This document shows, piece after piece, positions 1 through 7,291 of a stretch of 16,424 nt of DNA. Positions within the stretch are counted from its first letter, which is position 1. The number at the start of each line of letters is the position of its first letter. The position numbers and the translations under genes were made by a program. The notes under the pieces are model-generated. The model searched no databases, was not told the origin of the DNA, and saw nothing but the letters and a program-made list of their open reading frames with translations. Source of the stretch: Candidatus Jordarchaeia archaeon (lineage in GTDB: Archaea; Asgardarchaeota; Jordiarchaeia; Jordiarchaeales; Jordiarchaeaceae); the NCBI GenBank assembly GCA_029856435.1, contig JAHQXB010000092.1, positions 1 through 16,424 of the forward strand. Reading direction: 5' to 3'.

Positions 1-395
1 CTGATGTTGTATTTTTGGGCGGTTCTCAGCATCTCCCTTTCTAATCTTTTACCTTCCTCTCCCGCATCAGAGAAGCCCGCCGCGGCAATCATAGCCCCTT
101 TAACTCCCTTGCCCCCACAGTCTTCTAAAGCCTCAGGAACCAACTCCCGCGGAACAGCCAAACAAGCCAAATCCACAGTGCCGGGAATCTCAGAAACTGT
201 AGAGTAAACTTCGCAGCCATATATCTTCTCCCCTTTCGCCTTGGGATTCACCGGATAAATTCTGCCCTCAAAACCGTTAACAAGATTCCAAACAATAACA
301 TTCCCAATCTTCATAGGCGTAGTGGAAGCGCCAACCACTGCAACAGAATCCGGCTCCAAAACACTTTTCAAAAAAGATTCACCAGTACTAGGCAT
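1..395 (-). CDS. Acyl/acetate-CoA ligase (NDP-forming) alpha-type subunit, N-terminal CoA-binding domain; runs off the window at its 3' end
   Basis: Not in the ORF track. Hand translation from ATG 395: MPSTGESFLKSVLEPDSVAVVGASTTPMKIGNVIVWNLVNGFEGRIYPVNPKAKGEKIYGCEVYSTVSEIPGTVDLACLAVPRELVPEALEDCGGKGVKGAMIAAAGFSDAGEEGKRLEREM... It shows the family hallmarks P-x-SVAVVGAS, IYPVNP, VDLA-x-x-AVP and AGFS-x-x-G. GAGGGA SD lies just upstream. Confidence 0.9.
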   Translation of the reverse strand, partial: MPSTGESFLKSVLEPDSVAVVGASTTPMKIGNVIVWNLVNGFEGRIYPVNPKAKGEKIYGCEVYSTVSEIPGTVDLACLAVPRELVPEALEDCGGKGVKGAMIAAAGFSDAGEEGKRLEREMLRTAQKYNI

Positions 396-455
396 TAAAG
401 TCCCTCAAATAATAAACTATAAATTAGGGATGGGAAAAGCAGTTTCCAAAAGATG

Positions 456-463
456 TATATAAA
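456..463 (-). promoter_or_regulatory. Putative TATA box (TTTATATA) for the acyl-CoA ligase gene
   Basis: Minus strand reads AAAA-TTTATATA about 60 nt upstream of ATG 395. Confidence 0.45.
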
Positions 464-637
464 TTTTGAGACAAGTTATCCCTTTTAAACATTAAAGAGT
501 GAACCTCTTTTCAAATCGTGTTTATTGCTGTGGGAAACAGTTTAATTTTTCTTAAGAGGCGCATCTTTTGCAAAGTTTCTTACGAGAGGTAAAGCTTTAT
601 CTGAGAGAAGGCTGAGAATCCTTCATGGTGGATTTGT

Positions 638-1441
638 ATGGGTAACAATTCTGGAAAAAGGGAGATAGTGAAAAACTTATTTTTACTGTTGCTCTACTTG
701 CTTGTGAATGTTATGTATGGATATGTGGCGAGTGTGCACCTCACTGAGCCACACTTTTTATTCACGCCAATTGATTGGGCTATTCCTTTAAACCCGCCCT
801 CTGTGGTTATTTACATTTACCTGTTCTACAGCTTTGTGTTCTTCGCACTACTTTACTATGCAACTTTCCAGAGAGCCTATTTTAACCAGTTGATTTTCTC
901 GCTGATCACTATACACTTAGTATCATACATTGTCTACATCATATATCCAGTTATGATGATTCGACCCTACTGGGCGCCTACAAGTCTTTTTGATTGGGTC
1001 TTCTGGTACTATGTGAATCCTCAATACCTTCAAAATTGGCTGCTTTATAACTCGATTTATTCAAACTTGGATCCATTCCACTGGTCGCTCTGGATAGTCT
1101 ACGCTAAGGATACACCTTTGAACTGCTTCCCCAGCTTACACGCCGCAGTATCAACTATGATAGCTTACGGATTCTGGCAAGAAAAGAGAAGCTACGGCTG
1201 GATATCATGGCCCATAGCCGTAGCAGTAATGATTTCCACCCTACTTGTGAGACAACACGTTATCCTAGACGAAATATCAGGAGCCACACTTGCCCTAATC
1301 ATAGGATACACCTTCTATAAGAAGGTGTTTAAAACACCTGAAAACCAGCCAGAAAGTCCAAAGCCACTCCAAACCATACTCATCCTAGTAGTGGCGGAGA
1401 TAATGTTTGTTCTGTACTTATACGTGTATTTCATACTATAA
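638..1441 (+). CDS. PAP2-superfamily membrane protein, Aur1/inositol-phosphorylceramide-synthase-like subgroup
   Basis: Several hydrophobic helices. Motif remnants: C1 'YPVMMIRP', C2 'NCFPSLH', C3 'STLLVRQHVILD'. Confidence 0.8.
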   Translation: MGNNSGKREIVKNLFLLLLYLLVNVMYGYVASVHLTEPHFLFTPIDWAIPLNPPSVVIYIYLFYSFVFFALLYYATFQRAYFNQLIFSLITIHLVSYIVYIIYPVMMIRPYWAPTSLFDWVFWYYVNPQYLQNWLLYNSIYSNLDPFHWSLWIVYAKDTPLNCFPSLHAAVSTMIAYGFWQEKRSYGWISWPIAVAVMISTLLVRQHVILDEISGATLALIIGYTFYKKVFKTPENQPESPKPLQTILILVVAEIMFVLYLYVYFIL

Positions 1442-1665
1442 ACCCCCATCTGAAATGTTTACATTTTAGACTTCACCCTCGACTTGGTCAGGGGATTATC
1501 CTGCCAACGGCTTTTAGGGTAAAATTTTATGCTTCACTTGTAGCTACTTTTAAGCATGAATTATTGGAGTTTAGGAAAAATCAGTCGCAAAAAGGAGCTA
1601 AAAAGGTTGAGGAGTTAAATATATTATGTCTTTATGTTCCCACCTTTTGTTGAGAGTGATGTGTG

Positions 1666-2064
1666 ATGCCTGACTGGGTGGAAATCTACAAGAAGGCCCC
1701 AGAACTACTTGACAAGATATTATTGGGGGACGAGGTGGTTCTTTTTAAGGAGGCTTGCTCCTGTGAATCAGAGGAAGACTTTAACGACGGTCTGCTGGTG
1801 CTAACAAACCAAAATATTATTTTCATTAGGAGGGATAGCTTCGAGCCCGTATACGAAGTGGGGTTAAGAGCTCCAATTAAAAATATTTTATACATAACAT
1901 ATTCGGGTATTTTTTATCAAATGATTGAAATGGAAGTAGAGGTTGACGGCTGCCCGAAAAAGTTCAACTTTATGGACTTTACGACGTATGTTGATGGTGA
2001 GAGAAAAATATCGGAAATATGTGAGGAACTCCAAAAAATAATTTATACGGCCACCAAAAAATAA
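1666..2064 (+). CDS. Hypothetical protein, probable PH-like (bPH/GRAM/GLUE-type) domain; alternative GTG start at 1663
   Basis: 'DGLLVLTNQNIIF' resembles the G-x-L-x-LT-x-x-R-I-I strand pair of PH-like domains. It is followed by beta-type alternation and a C-terminal amphipathic helix (ISEICEELQKII). Confidence 0.55.
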   Translation: MPDWVEIYKKAPELLDKILLGDEVVLFKEACSCESEEDFNDGLLVLTNQNIIFIRRDSFEPVYEVGLRAPIKNILYITYSGIFYQMIEMEVEVDGCPKKFNFMDFTTYVDGERKISEICEELQKIIYTATKK

Positions 2065-2155
2065 CTAAGAAGCTTTCAGCCCCCTCGTAAGCCTTTAATT
2101 CAAATAAGGTTCAGAAGTTTATTTTACTCACTTCCGCGTTTTAAATAGAAAAATT

Positions 2156-2171
2156 TGATAAAATTTAAATA
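2156..2171 (+). promoter_or_regulatory. Putative BRE + TATA box for hsp20
   Basis: TGATAAAA followed by TTTAAATA (2164-2171), about 70 nt upstream of ATG 2240. Confidence 0.45.
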
Positions 2172-2239
2172 TTTTCTTGATGTAAGTTTCAAAAGGGAAA
2201 GATGGGAGCAATATTTAGTAACTAAAGAGGTGCAAAATT

Positions 2240-2713
2240 ATGTTTTGGGAACGGGAACCTGAGGACGAGTTTGAAAGATGGATGTACAGAATGATGAAAA
2301 GATTTTGGGAAAGGTACCCGAAACATTTTGCCTTTGAGTTTCCACCCTTCGGAAGGGTGAGTTTTGAACCCCCCACACCAGAAGTCAGAAGCATTTATGC
2401 AGACATCCAAGAAACAGATAAAGAAATCTTAATAGTAGCCGAGCTACCCGGGGTAAAAAAAGAGGACATAAACATTAACGCCACGGAGAATCAGGTTGAA
2501 ATCTCAGCTGAGGTAAAAGTGGGCAGAGAAGAAACGGAAGAAGGACGGGAATACATCCATAGAGAGAGAACACATAAAAAATTTTACCGATCCTTTAAAC
2601 TACCCGTACAGGTTATTCCCGAGAAGGCCGAAGCCACCTATAAAAACGGTATACTGGAGCTTAAACTGCCAAAAAAGGAAACCAGAGAAAAAAGACCCAT
2701 AAAAATAGATTAA
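2240..2713 (+). CDS. hsp20: Small heat-shock protein, Hsp20/alpha-crystallin family
   Basis: Motifs ADIQETD, AELPGVKKEDI, FYRSFKLP, AEATYKNGILELKLPK and the C-terminal I-x-I (IKID). GAGGTG SD at 2227-2232. Confidence 0.95.
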   Translation: MFWEREPEDEFERWMYRMMKRFWERYPKHFAFEFPPFGRVSFEPPTPEVRSIYADIQETDKEILIVAELPGVKKEDININATENQVEISAEVKVGREETEEGREYIHRERTHKKFYRSFKLPVQVIPEKAEATYKNGILELKLPKKETREKRPIKID

Positions 2714-2775
2714 CCGGGCAACACAACCAAACCAAAAAATTTTCCACAATCCAAAATTAATCTCTAAACCATTTT

Positions 2776-3195
2776 TTATTCGCCGATGATCTGAAGAATT
2801 ATATTCCTGTTTCTGGGCCTTACGTCTAATTCTATGAAAACAATTTGTTGCCAAGTTCCCAAAAGGAGTTTCTTTTGAGTGTAGGGAACAGTTAAACTGG
2901 GACCTAGAAGTGATGCCCTACAGTGACTGTGCCCATTTCCGTCATGCCACCTTAATTCATGCTCATAACCCATATTTTTGGGCGAGATTCTCTCCAAAAT
3001 TTTGGGAAAATCCTTCAGAAGACCTGGCTCATATTCAATGGTGGTAACGGCCCCTGTGGCACCGGGAACAAAAATTGTCACGATTCCACTTGTGGTTTGC
3101 GATTCGGAGACAGCCTTCTCTACCCTGTCCGTTATATCTATAATCTGAACCTCGCCCTGAGTTGAAAAACTAATTTTTTTAGTTTCCACAGTCAA
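2776..3195 (-). CDS. yjbQ: YjbQ/UPF0047 family protein (secondary thiamine-phosphate synthase-like)
   Basis: Motifs IIDITDRV, NGHSHCRASLLGPS and LLLGTWQQIVFIELD-x-RPR. Start moved from 3219 to TTG 3195, which follows a GAGGTG SD. Confidence 0.92.
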   Translation of the reverse strand: MTVETKKISFSTQGEVQIIDITDRVEKAVSESQTTSGIVTIFVPGATGAVTTIEYEPGLLKDFPKILERISPKNMGYEHELRWHDGNGHSHCRASLLGPSLTVPYTQKKLLLGTWQQIVFIELDVRPRNRNIILQIIGE

Positions 3196-3545
3196 CCAAA
3201 ACACCTCAACAAGCAACAAATATTATCTAAATATCTGAAAGCCCTTTAAAATATAAAGGATTTTACAAATCGATGCTAGACTTCCCGATGCGTTTTGTGT
3301 TGTTTAAGCTTGTAAATCTTTGGGGGAGGGTTTATTTGTGTGAAGTTTCCCACTTTTGGGAATTTAGTAAAAATTGGAAAAATATAACAGAAACATATTT
3401 AAATATGAATTAATCTATACTATATTAGTCGCAAAACTTTAAGCAAATATTGCGAATATCTCAAAAGATACAAGTGAGGAAAAACAAAACAAGCAATTTG
3501 ACCCAAAAGAAATAAAGGGATTATAAAAAAGGTTGGTGTTGTGCT

Positions 3546-3926
3546 ATGCCCAAAAAATGGCGTGAAGAGCTTGAAGGATTATTGAAAGCAATGGCTGACG
3601 CGGATCCTGATGTTGAAGCATCCGCAGTAGTTAGAACCGACGGCCTAGTCATGGCTTCCGCATTGCCCAAAGATGCAGATGAAGGTTTAATTGCTGCCAT
3701 GAGCGCGGCTCTGCTCAACATTGGCAACAGAGCAGTAACTGAATTGAATCGCGGCACCCTTGACAAGGTTATTGTAAGTGGGACGAAAGGAGACACCATC
3801 CTTCGTGGCGTGGGCTCCGAAGCTGTCCTATCAGCAATCACAAAGCCCGGTGCCAACATGGGGTTAGTTCTGGTTGAAATGCAGAGAACTGCTGCCAAAA
3901 TTTCTGATGTGCTGCGTTCTATGTGA
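3546..3926 (+). CDS. Roadblock/LC7 (MglB-like) domain protein
   Basis: Motifs DVEASAVVRTDGLVMASALP, IAAMSAALL, EL-x-RG-x-L-x-x-V-x-V-x-G and ANMGLV. Length 126 aa is typical for the family. Confidence 0.92.
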   Translation: MPKKWREELEGLLKAMADADPDVEASAVVRTDGLVMASALPKDADEGLIAAMSAALLNIGNRAVTELNRGTLDKVIVSGTKGDTILRGVGSEAVLSAITKPGANMGLVLVEMQRTAAKISDVLRSM

Positions 3927-3969
3927 ATGGAAAGCTGAACAGCGACTAGGCCATTTATTTAAAACTCTG

Positions 3970-4007
3970 ATTTTATTTTTATTTTTACTTTACTTTTAGT
4001 TTTTTAT
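3970..4007 (+). terminator. Oligo-T terminator region downstream of the Roadblock gene
   Basis: Repeated T4-T6 runs starting about 45 nt after the stop codon. Confidence 0.5.
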
Positions 4008-4019
4008 GTATGTTATTTA

Positions 4020-4918
4020 TTATAAATATTTGTTGATGATTTCAATTTCCTTACCGGTTATTTCGTACTGTTCCCTTAGAACTGGGCTTTTGAGATAATC
4101 TGCTAGGCTTCTTAATGATTCGATGTTTTCCTTTACTCTTTTATGTATTTTTTTCTACGAGTATTTCGTTACTGATTGCACCAATCCAAATTCCAAATCC
4201 TCCCGTGAAAAACCCTGGGGGATAAGCCGTTCATTTTTATTTCCAACTTTAAATATGATTGGAATTTTTTACCAGCCTCCTCCTCGCTTTCCCAAAGAAT
4301 GGCTAAAATTGTAATAAAAGAAGCTCTTATGTGTTCGGCCTCTTTAGCTCTGCATTTAACCAAGGTAATCAAATCTTGTTTTAATCGCCTAAAAACTTCA
4401 AATAGTACACTGACATTTTCCAAGCTGAAATCGAGCCTATCGCCAAAAACGCTACTTAGGTATATACTTAGCTGTTGTGTTTGAATAACAATATTGGGGC
4501 TCTAAACCCCGAAGGAAGGCTTATTTAGACTTTTCTGGCGAATGCCTCCCACCCCGGAAAAGAAAATAAGGTAGCCCTCCTTTCAGAAAAAGGAAGCATA
4601 TAACACCAGATCGGCTCCCAATAGCTAAATACATCCATATGTTTAGGCAGCACTCCTATTTGTAAGGATCTGTTTTTGTGGCTGGCTTTGAGAGAAAACA
4701 TCTCCCCATCTTTTAAACACATTTGTGTAGAAAAATGGAGGTAGGGAGGAATGCGGAGACAGGCTAAAGGCAAGGTCACCACAAAAATTCAGCCCCCGGA
4801 GTGTTGCTTAAACATATGAAATACATAACGTTACTTAAATAATTGGCCAAGCTTCTTATAATTCTCAAAAACTAAAGTCATTAATTATCCTAGAAATTTG
4901 GTTAGAGTAGTCTGAAAT
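4020..4918 (-). pseudogene. Decayed ORF of unknown function
   Basis: GAGGAGG SD at 4930-4924 has no intact start after it. One frame runs from 4918 through eight stops into the track ORF 4423-4169 (..SVLFEVFRRLKQDLITLVK..EEEAGKK). A shift at an A6 run gives IPIIFKVGNKNERLIPQGFSREDLEFGLVQSVTKYS*KKIHKRVKENIESLRSLADYLKSPVLREQYEITGKEIEIINKYL* (stop 4020-4022). The 3' half is protein-like. The 5' half has a stop density close to random. Confidence 0.45.
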
Positions 4919-5142
4919 ATCGGCCTCCTCTTTCCACAGTTGAGAAAAAAAGGTTCAACCCTTTTGCTTTTTTTCCCAGTCATTTTTCTGTTTTTTAATC
5001 TCTTCTAGAAATGTGTTTAGTACGCCTAATTTCAAGAAACCGGAAATCTTCCCGAGATCCTCCATTTTTTCAAGTGTATCTTTTTTTGTTTCGATAAGTT
5101 GTGGGTGAGCCAGCCGTTTCCAAATATTATATAGACGTTTAT

Positions 5143-5384
5143 AAAAGTTTATCTCAATGTGTCTGGAACATGCCCGATGTGTGGCGAGTTGAATAAGCCG
5201 AATGGGTATGTCTTCAAATGTAAGAGATGCGGCTTATAAGCGGACAGGCACCCAGCAGCCGCATGGAACATAGCCGCCAAACCCCCATGTGCCGCCCTTT
5301 ACCGCTGGCGGCGGAAGCCTTCCATGAGTCTCCAATAATAGAGGTAAGAGGGAAGGGATGAAAATCTACAAATCCCACAACGGT
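5143..5384 (+). mobile_element. tnpB: Non-autonomous IS200/IS605-family remnant or mini-element (3' end of tnpB plus right end)
   Basis: From 5159: VSGTCPMCGELNKPNGYVFKCKRCGL*ADRHPAAAWNIAAK, the TnpB zinc ribbon (CxxC..CxxC) plus RuvC-III strand, with premature TAA at 5237. After a frameshift: MCRPLPLAAEAFHESPIIEVRGKG* (TGA 5359-5361). No terminal inverted repeats. Boundaries are inferred from restoration of the host frame, with 1-2 nt ambiguity from a TA microhomology. Confidence 0.8.
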
Positions 5385-5402
5385 ATATTAACTCTTCCGT
5401 GG
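5230..5402 (+). ncRNA. Candidate TnpB omegaRNA (reRNA) scaffold plus flank-derived guide
   Basis: GC-rich nested stems: CATGGAA 5262-5268 / TTCCATG 5320-5326, GCCGCCA 5273-5279 / TGGCGGC 5306-5312, and an alternative GCCGCC 5291-5296 / GGCGGC 5307-5312. TnpB omegaRNAs are known to overlap the tnpB 3' end and right end. Limits are approximate. Confidence 0.45.
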
Positions 5403-5943
5403 TTCTTACTTGGAATTTTAAGAAACTTATTCAATGGTATCTGGGTTTATGAAATCTTTCAACTTTATTGACCTAAAATTTCAGAATAATTTGTAACAGC
5501 AAAAGGAAGGACTAAGTTCGAGAAAACGTCTAATCCCTTAACAATAACCTCAAATATAATCTTTTACAAGCAACACCAGTTTTGCAATAACTTCAGCAGA
5601 AACTTAGTTTCAACTAAAAATTCAAATTCATACTTTTCAAACGACGCCCCCCACACTCGAAGAAACATTTTTGTCCAGTGAGTGAATCGCAAAAACAACT
5701 TCTATTATTATCTCGCAAACGTTTTTCAACAGGTTTTTTACGTCTATGCCGAATTTTTGTAAACAAATTTTTCCCCACATAACATCTTACGTCTAACTAA
5801 CTAAGAATTGGGTTACGTTCTGTTTGACCTTAAATATATAATTGTGTTTAGACGTATTAAAATGATTCCAAGAAATCCGAGGTAATAAGTAACTAGTGTT
5901 TAGGCAGAGAAATCCTTTGTCTTATGCTCATACAACTTGGTTG

Positions 5944-7101
5944 TCATGCCGCTTTTTCTGGTGTTTTTGGCTTGTTTATGTCTGTTTTTAGTGTTATTTG
6001 TGGTTCTTGATTGATTGAGTATGTTTCGAGTGCTTGCTGCATCTTGTTGACTACTGGTTGAGCTTTTATCTTTAGTCTCTTTTTTATTTGTTTAGCGAGG
6101 TTAACTGGGTTTCCGAAAGTGGTGTATACTATTGATGGTTCGACTGCGCTTACGTATTCTAGTAGCTGGCTAAAGTCCGCGTGGGAGCTGAGCGGAAAGG
6201 CAGCATCAATATTGTAAGCTTGCTGCATGGAGAAAAAGAAGGAGTTCTTGGCAGCCCAACCGGTGCAAATGGCCACTTTGGGAGGCTTAGGAAGGTTGAA
6301 GGCCTTTGCCAGCTTTTCGGGAGCATTTCGACCCAGATAAGAGGGAGGTAATAAAAGCACATACTTATTTCCCTCAATAATTTCTCTCGCCTCCTCTGAC
6401 TCTATCTCGAAGTATTTTCCCAGTCCGGTCTTGTAACGTTCAAAAATTCTATTAAACTCAAAAATTTGCTTGGGAGCCAGAACGTCACAGCCTAGTCCCT
6501 TAGATATTAGGCTGGTTAGTTCCTGACACTTTCCAAGAGAGTAACCTATAAGAACAAGAGGGACACCATCGGAAACATTTTTCTCTGCGTAAGCTAATAT
6601 TTCGGAAATGATTTCCTCTCTCTCCGGAAAAACATATTCTTCTGAACCAAAGGTGGCCTCAATCAACAGAACGTCGCAATCCATAACATCTGCTTTCCTC
6701 TCAGTGATACTCTCACAAAAATTGAGGTCACCTGTATAGCCAATCAGGTGCTCTCCCGTATCAATTTTAAACTGTAGAGACCCCATACAATGCCCAGCAT
6801 CATAAGCCAAAACATTATACTTATCGGTCCTGAAACCGTGTTTCCTATCCATTAGAACAGTGTTTCCCAAAAATCTTCTGTCCCTCTCCACCCTCACTAA
6901 TCGGGCTATCTCATGTGTAATGTTTGAGGCCCCAACCCTGACATTCTCACTAGCCTCTATAAGACCAGAAATGTGGTCGCTGTGACCATGAGACACAAGC
7001 ACCAAGTTTGCAGAGTGGAAATCCGCTCTAGATCTAGGATCAAGTAAAAATTTGAGGCCTTCCGCCTCAATAATTAAACCCTTATCATAATAGACTCTCA
7101 T
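5944..7101 (-). CDS. beta-CASP family MBL-fold nuclease
   Basis: Motifs SHGHSDH, AGHCMGS, YTGD, motif A 'EATFG' and motif B 'LSSHAD'. ATG 7101 follows an AGGAAGG SD; the track start is TTG 7110. Confidence 0.88.
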   Translation of the reverse strand: MRVYYDKGLIIEAEGLKFLLDPRSRADFHSANLVLVSHGHSDHISGLIEASENVRVGASNITHEIARLVRVERDRRFLGNTVLMDRKHGFRTDKYNVLAYDAGHCMGSLQFKIDTGEHLIGYTGDLNFCESITERKADVMDCDVLLIEATFGSEEYVFPEREEIISEILAYAEKNVSDGVPLVLIGYSLGKCQELTSLISKGLGCDVLAPKQIFEFNRIFERYKTGLGKYFEIESEEAREIIEGNKYVLLLPPSYLGRNAPEKLAKAFNLPKPPKVAICTGWAAKNSFFFSMQQAYNIDAAFPLSSHADFSQLLEYVSAVEPSIVYTTFGNPVNLAKQIKKRLKIKAQPVVNKMQQALETYSINQEPQITLKTDINKPKTPEKAA

Positions 7102-7291
7102 AGGTAACAACCCTTCCTATGTCTAAACAAGGAATGTTTTTCTAATTTACGCATTTCGCTATTCGTATCTATCTTCAAATAGCTCCAACGGAAAAGGTCT
7201 CTGTTCCCTCTTGGTAAAATTTTAGAATATTTCTTTAAATTGTTCTTCGAGTAAAAGTTGGACGTGGCCTTAGGGGGTCCTTCATTGAATC

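Larger units (their letters stand above)
4955..5780 (-). pseudogene. Decayed ORF split by the IS605-derived insertion
   Basis: 5' fragment MWGKICLQKFGIDVKNLLKNVCEIIIEVVFAIHSLDKN.. (ATG 5780, stop 5637). 3' fragment ..KRLYNIWKRLAHPQLIETKKDTLEKMEDLGKISGFLKLGVLNTFLEEIKKQKNDWEKKQKG* (stop 4955-4957). Removing 5143-5384 rejoins the frame as ..TTEELIY|KRLYNIW.. Confidence 0.5.

Noticed and set aside
4-207. Plus-strand 67-aa ORF
   Set aside because: Antisense shadow of the clearly recognisable acyl-CoA ligase on the minus strand.
2215-2225. TTAGTAACTAA inverted repeat upstream of hsp20 as a heat-shock operator
   Set aside because: Short and AT-rich, and it does not match the spacing of the Archaeoglobus HSR1-type CTAAC-N5-GTTAG palindrome.
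4123-4782. Track ORFs 4123-4314 (+), 4299-4484 (+) and 4525-4782 (-) as independent genes
   Set aside because: No motifs. They lie within the decayed minus-strand region and are better explained as shadows or alternative frames.
5142-5385. TA dinucleotide on both sides of the element as an IS630/Tc1-mariner target duplication
   Set aside because: No terminal inverted repeats and the cargo is tnpB-derived. The TA is more simply a chance microhomology in AT-rich DNA.
4020-5780. Stop-codon recoding (pyrrolysine or alternative code) to explain in-frame stops
   Set aside because: The interrupting stops include TAA, TAG and TGA and come with frameshifts, and intact genes in the window end normally in all three (e.g. 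TAG at 7292 and 11818).
7111-7291. Roughly 55-codon open minus-strand frame between MBL paralogue A and the beta-CASP gene
   Set aside because: No start codon near its 5' end and no motif.
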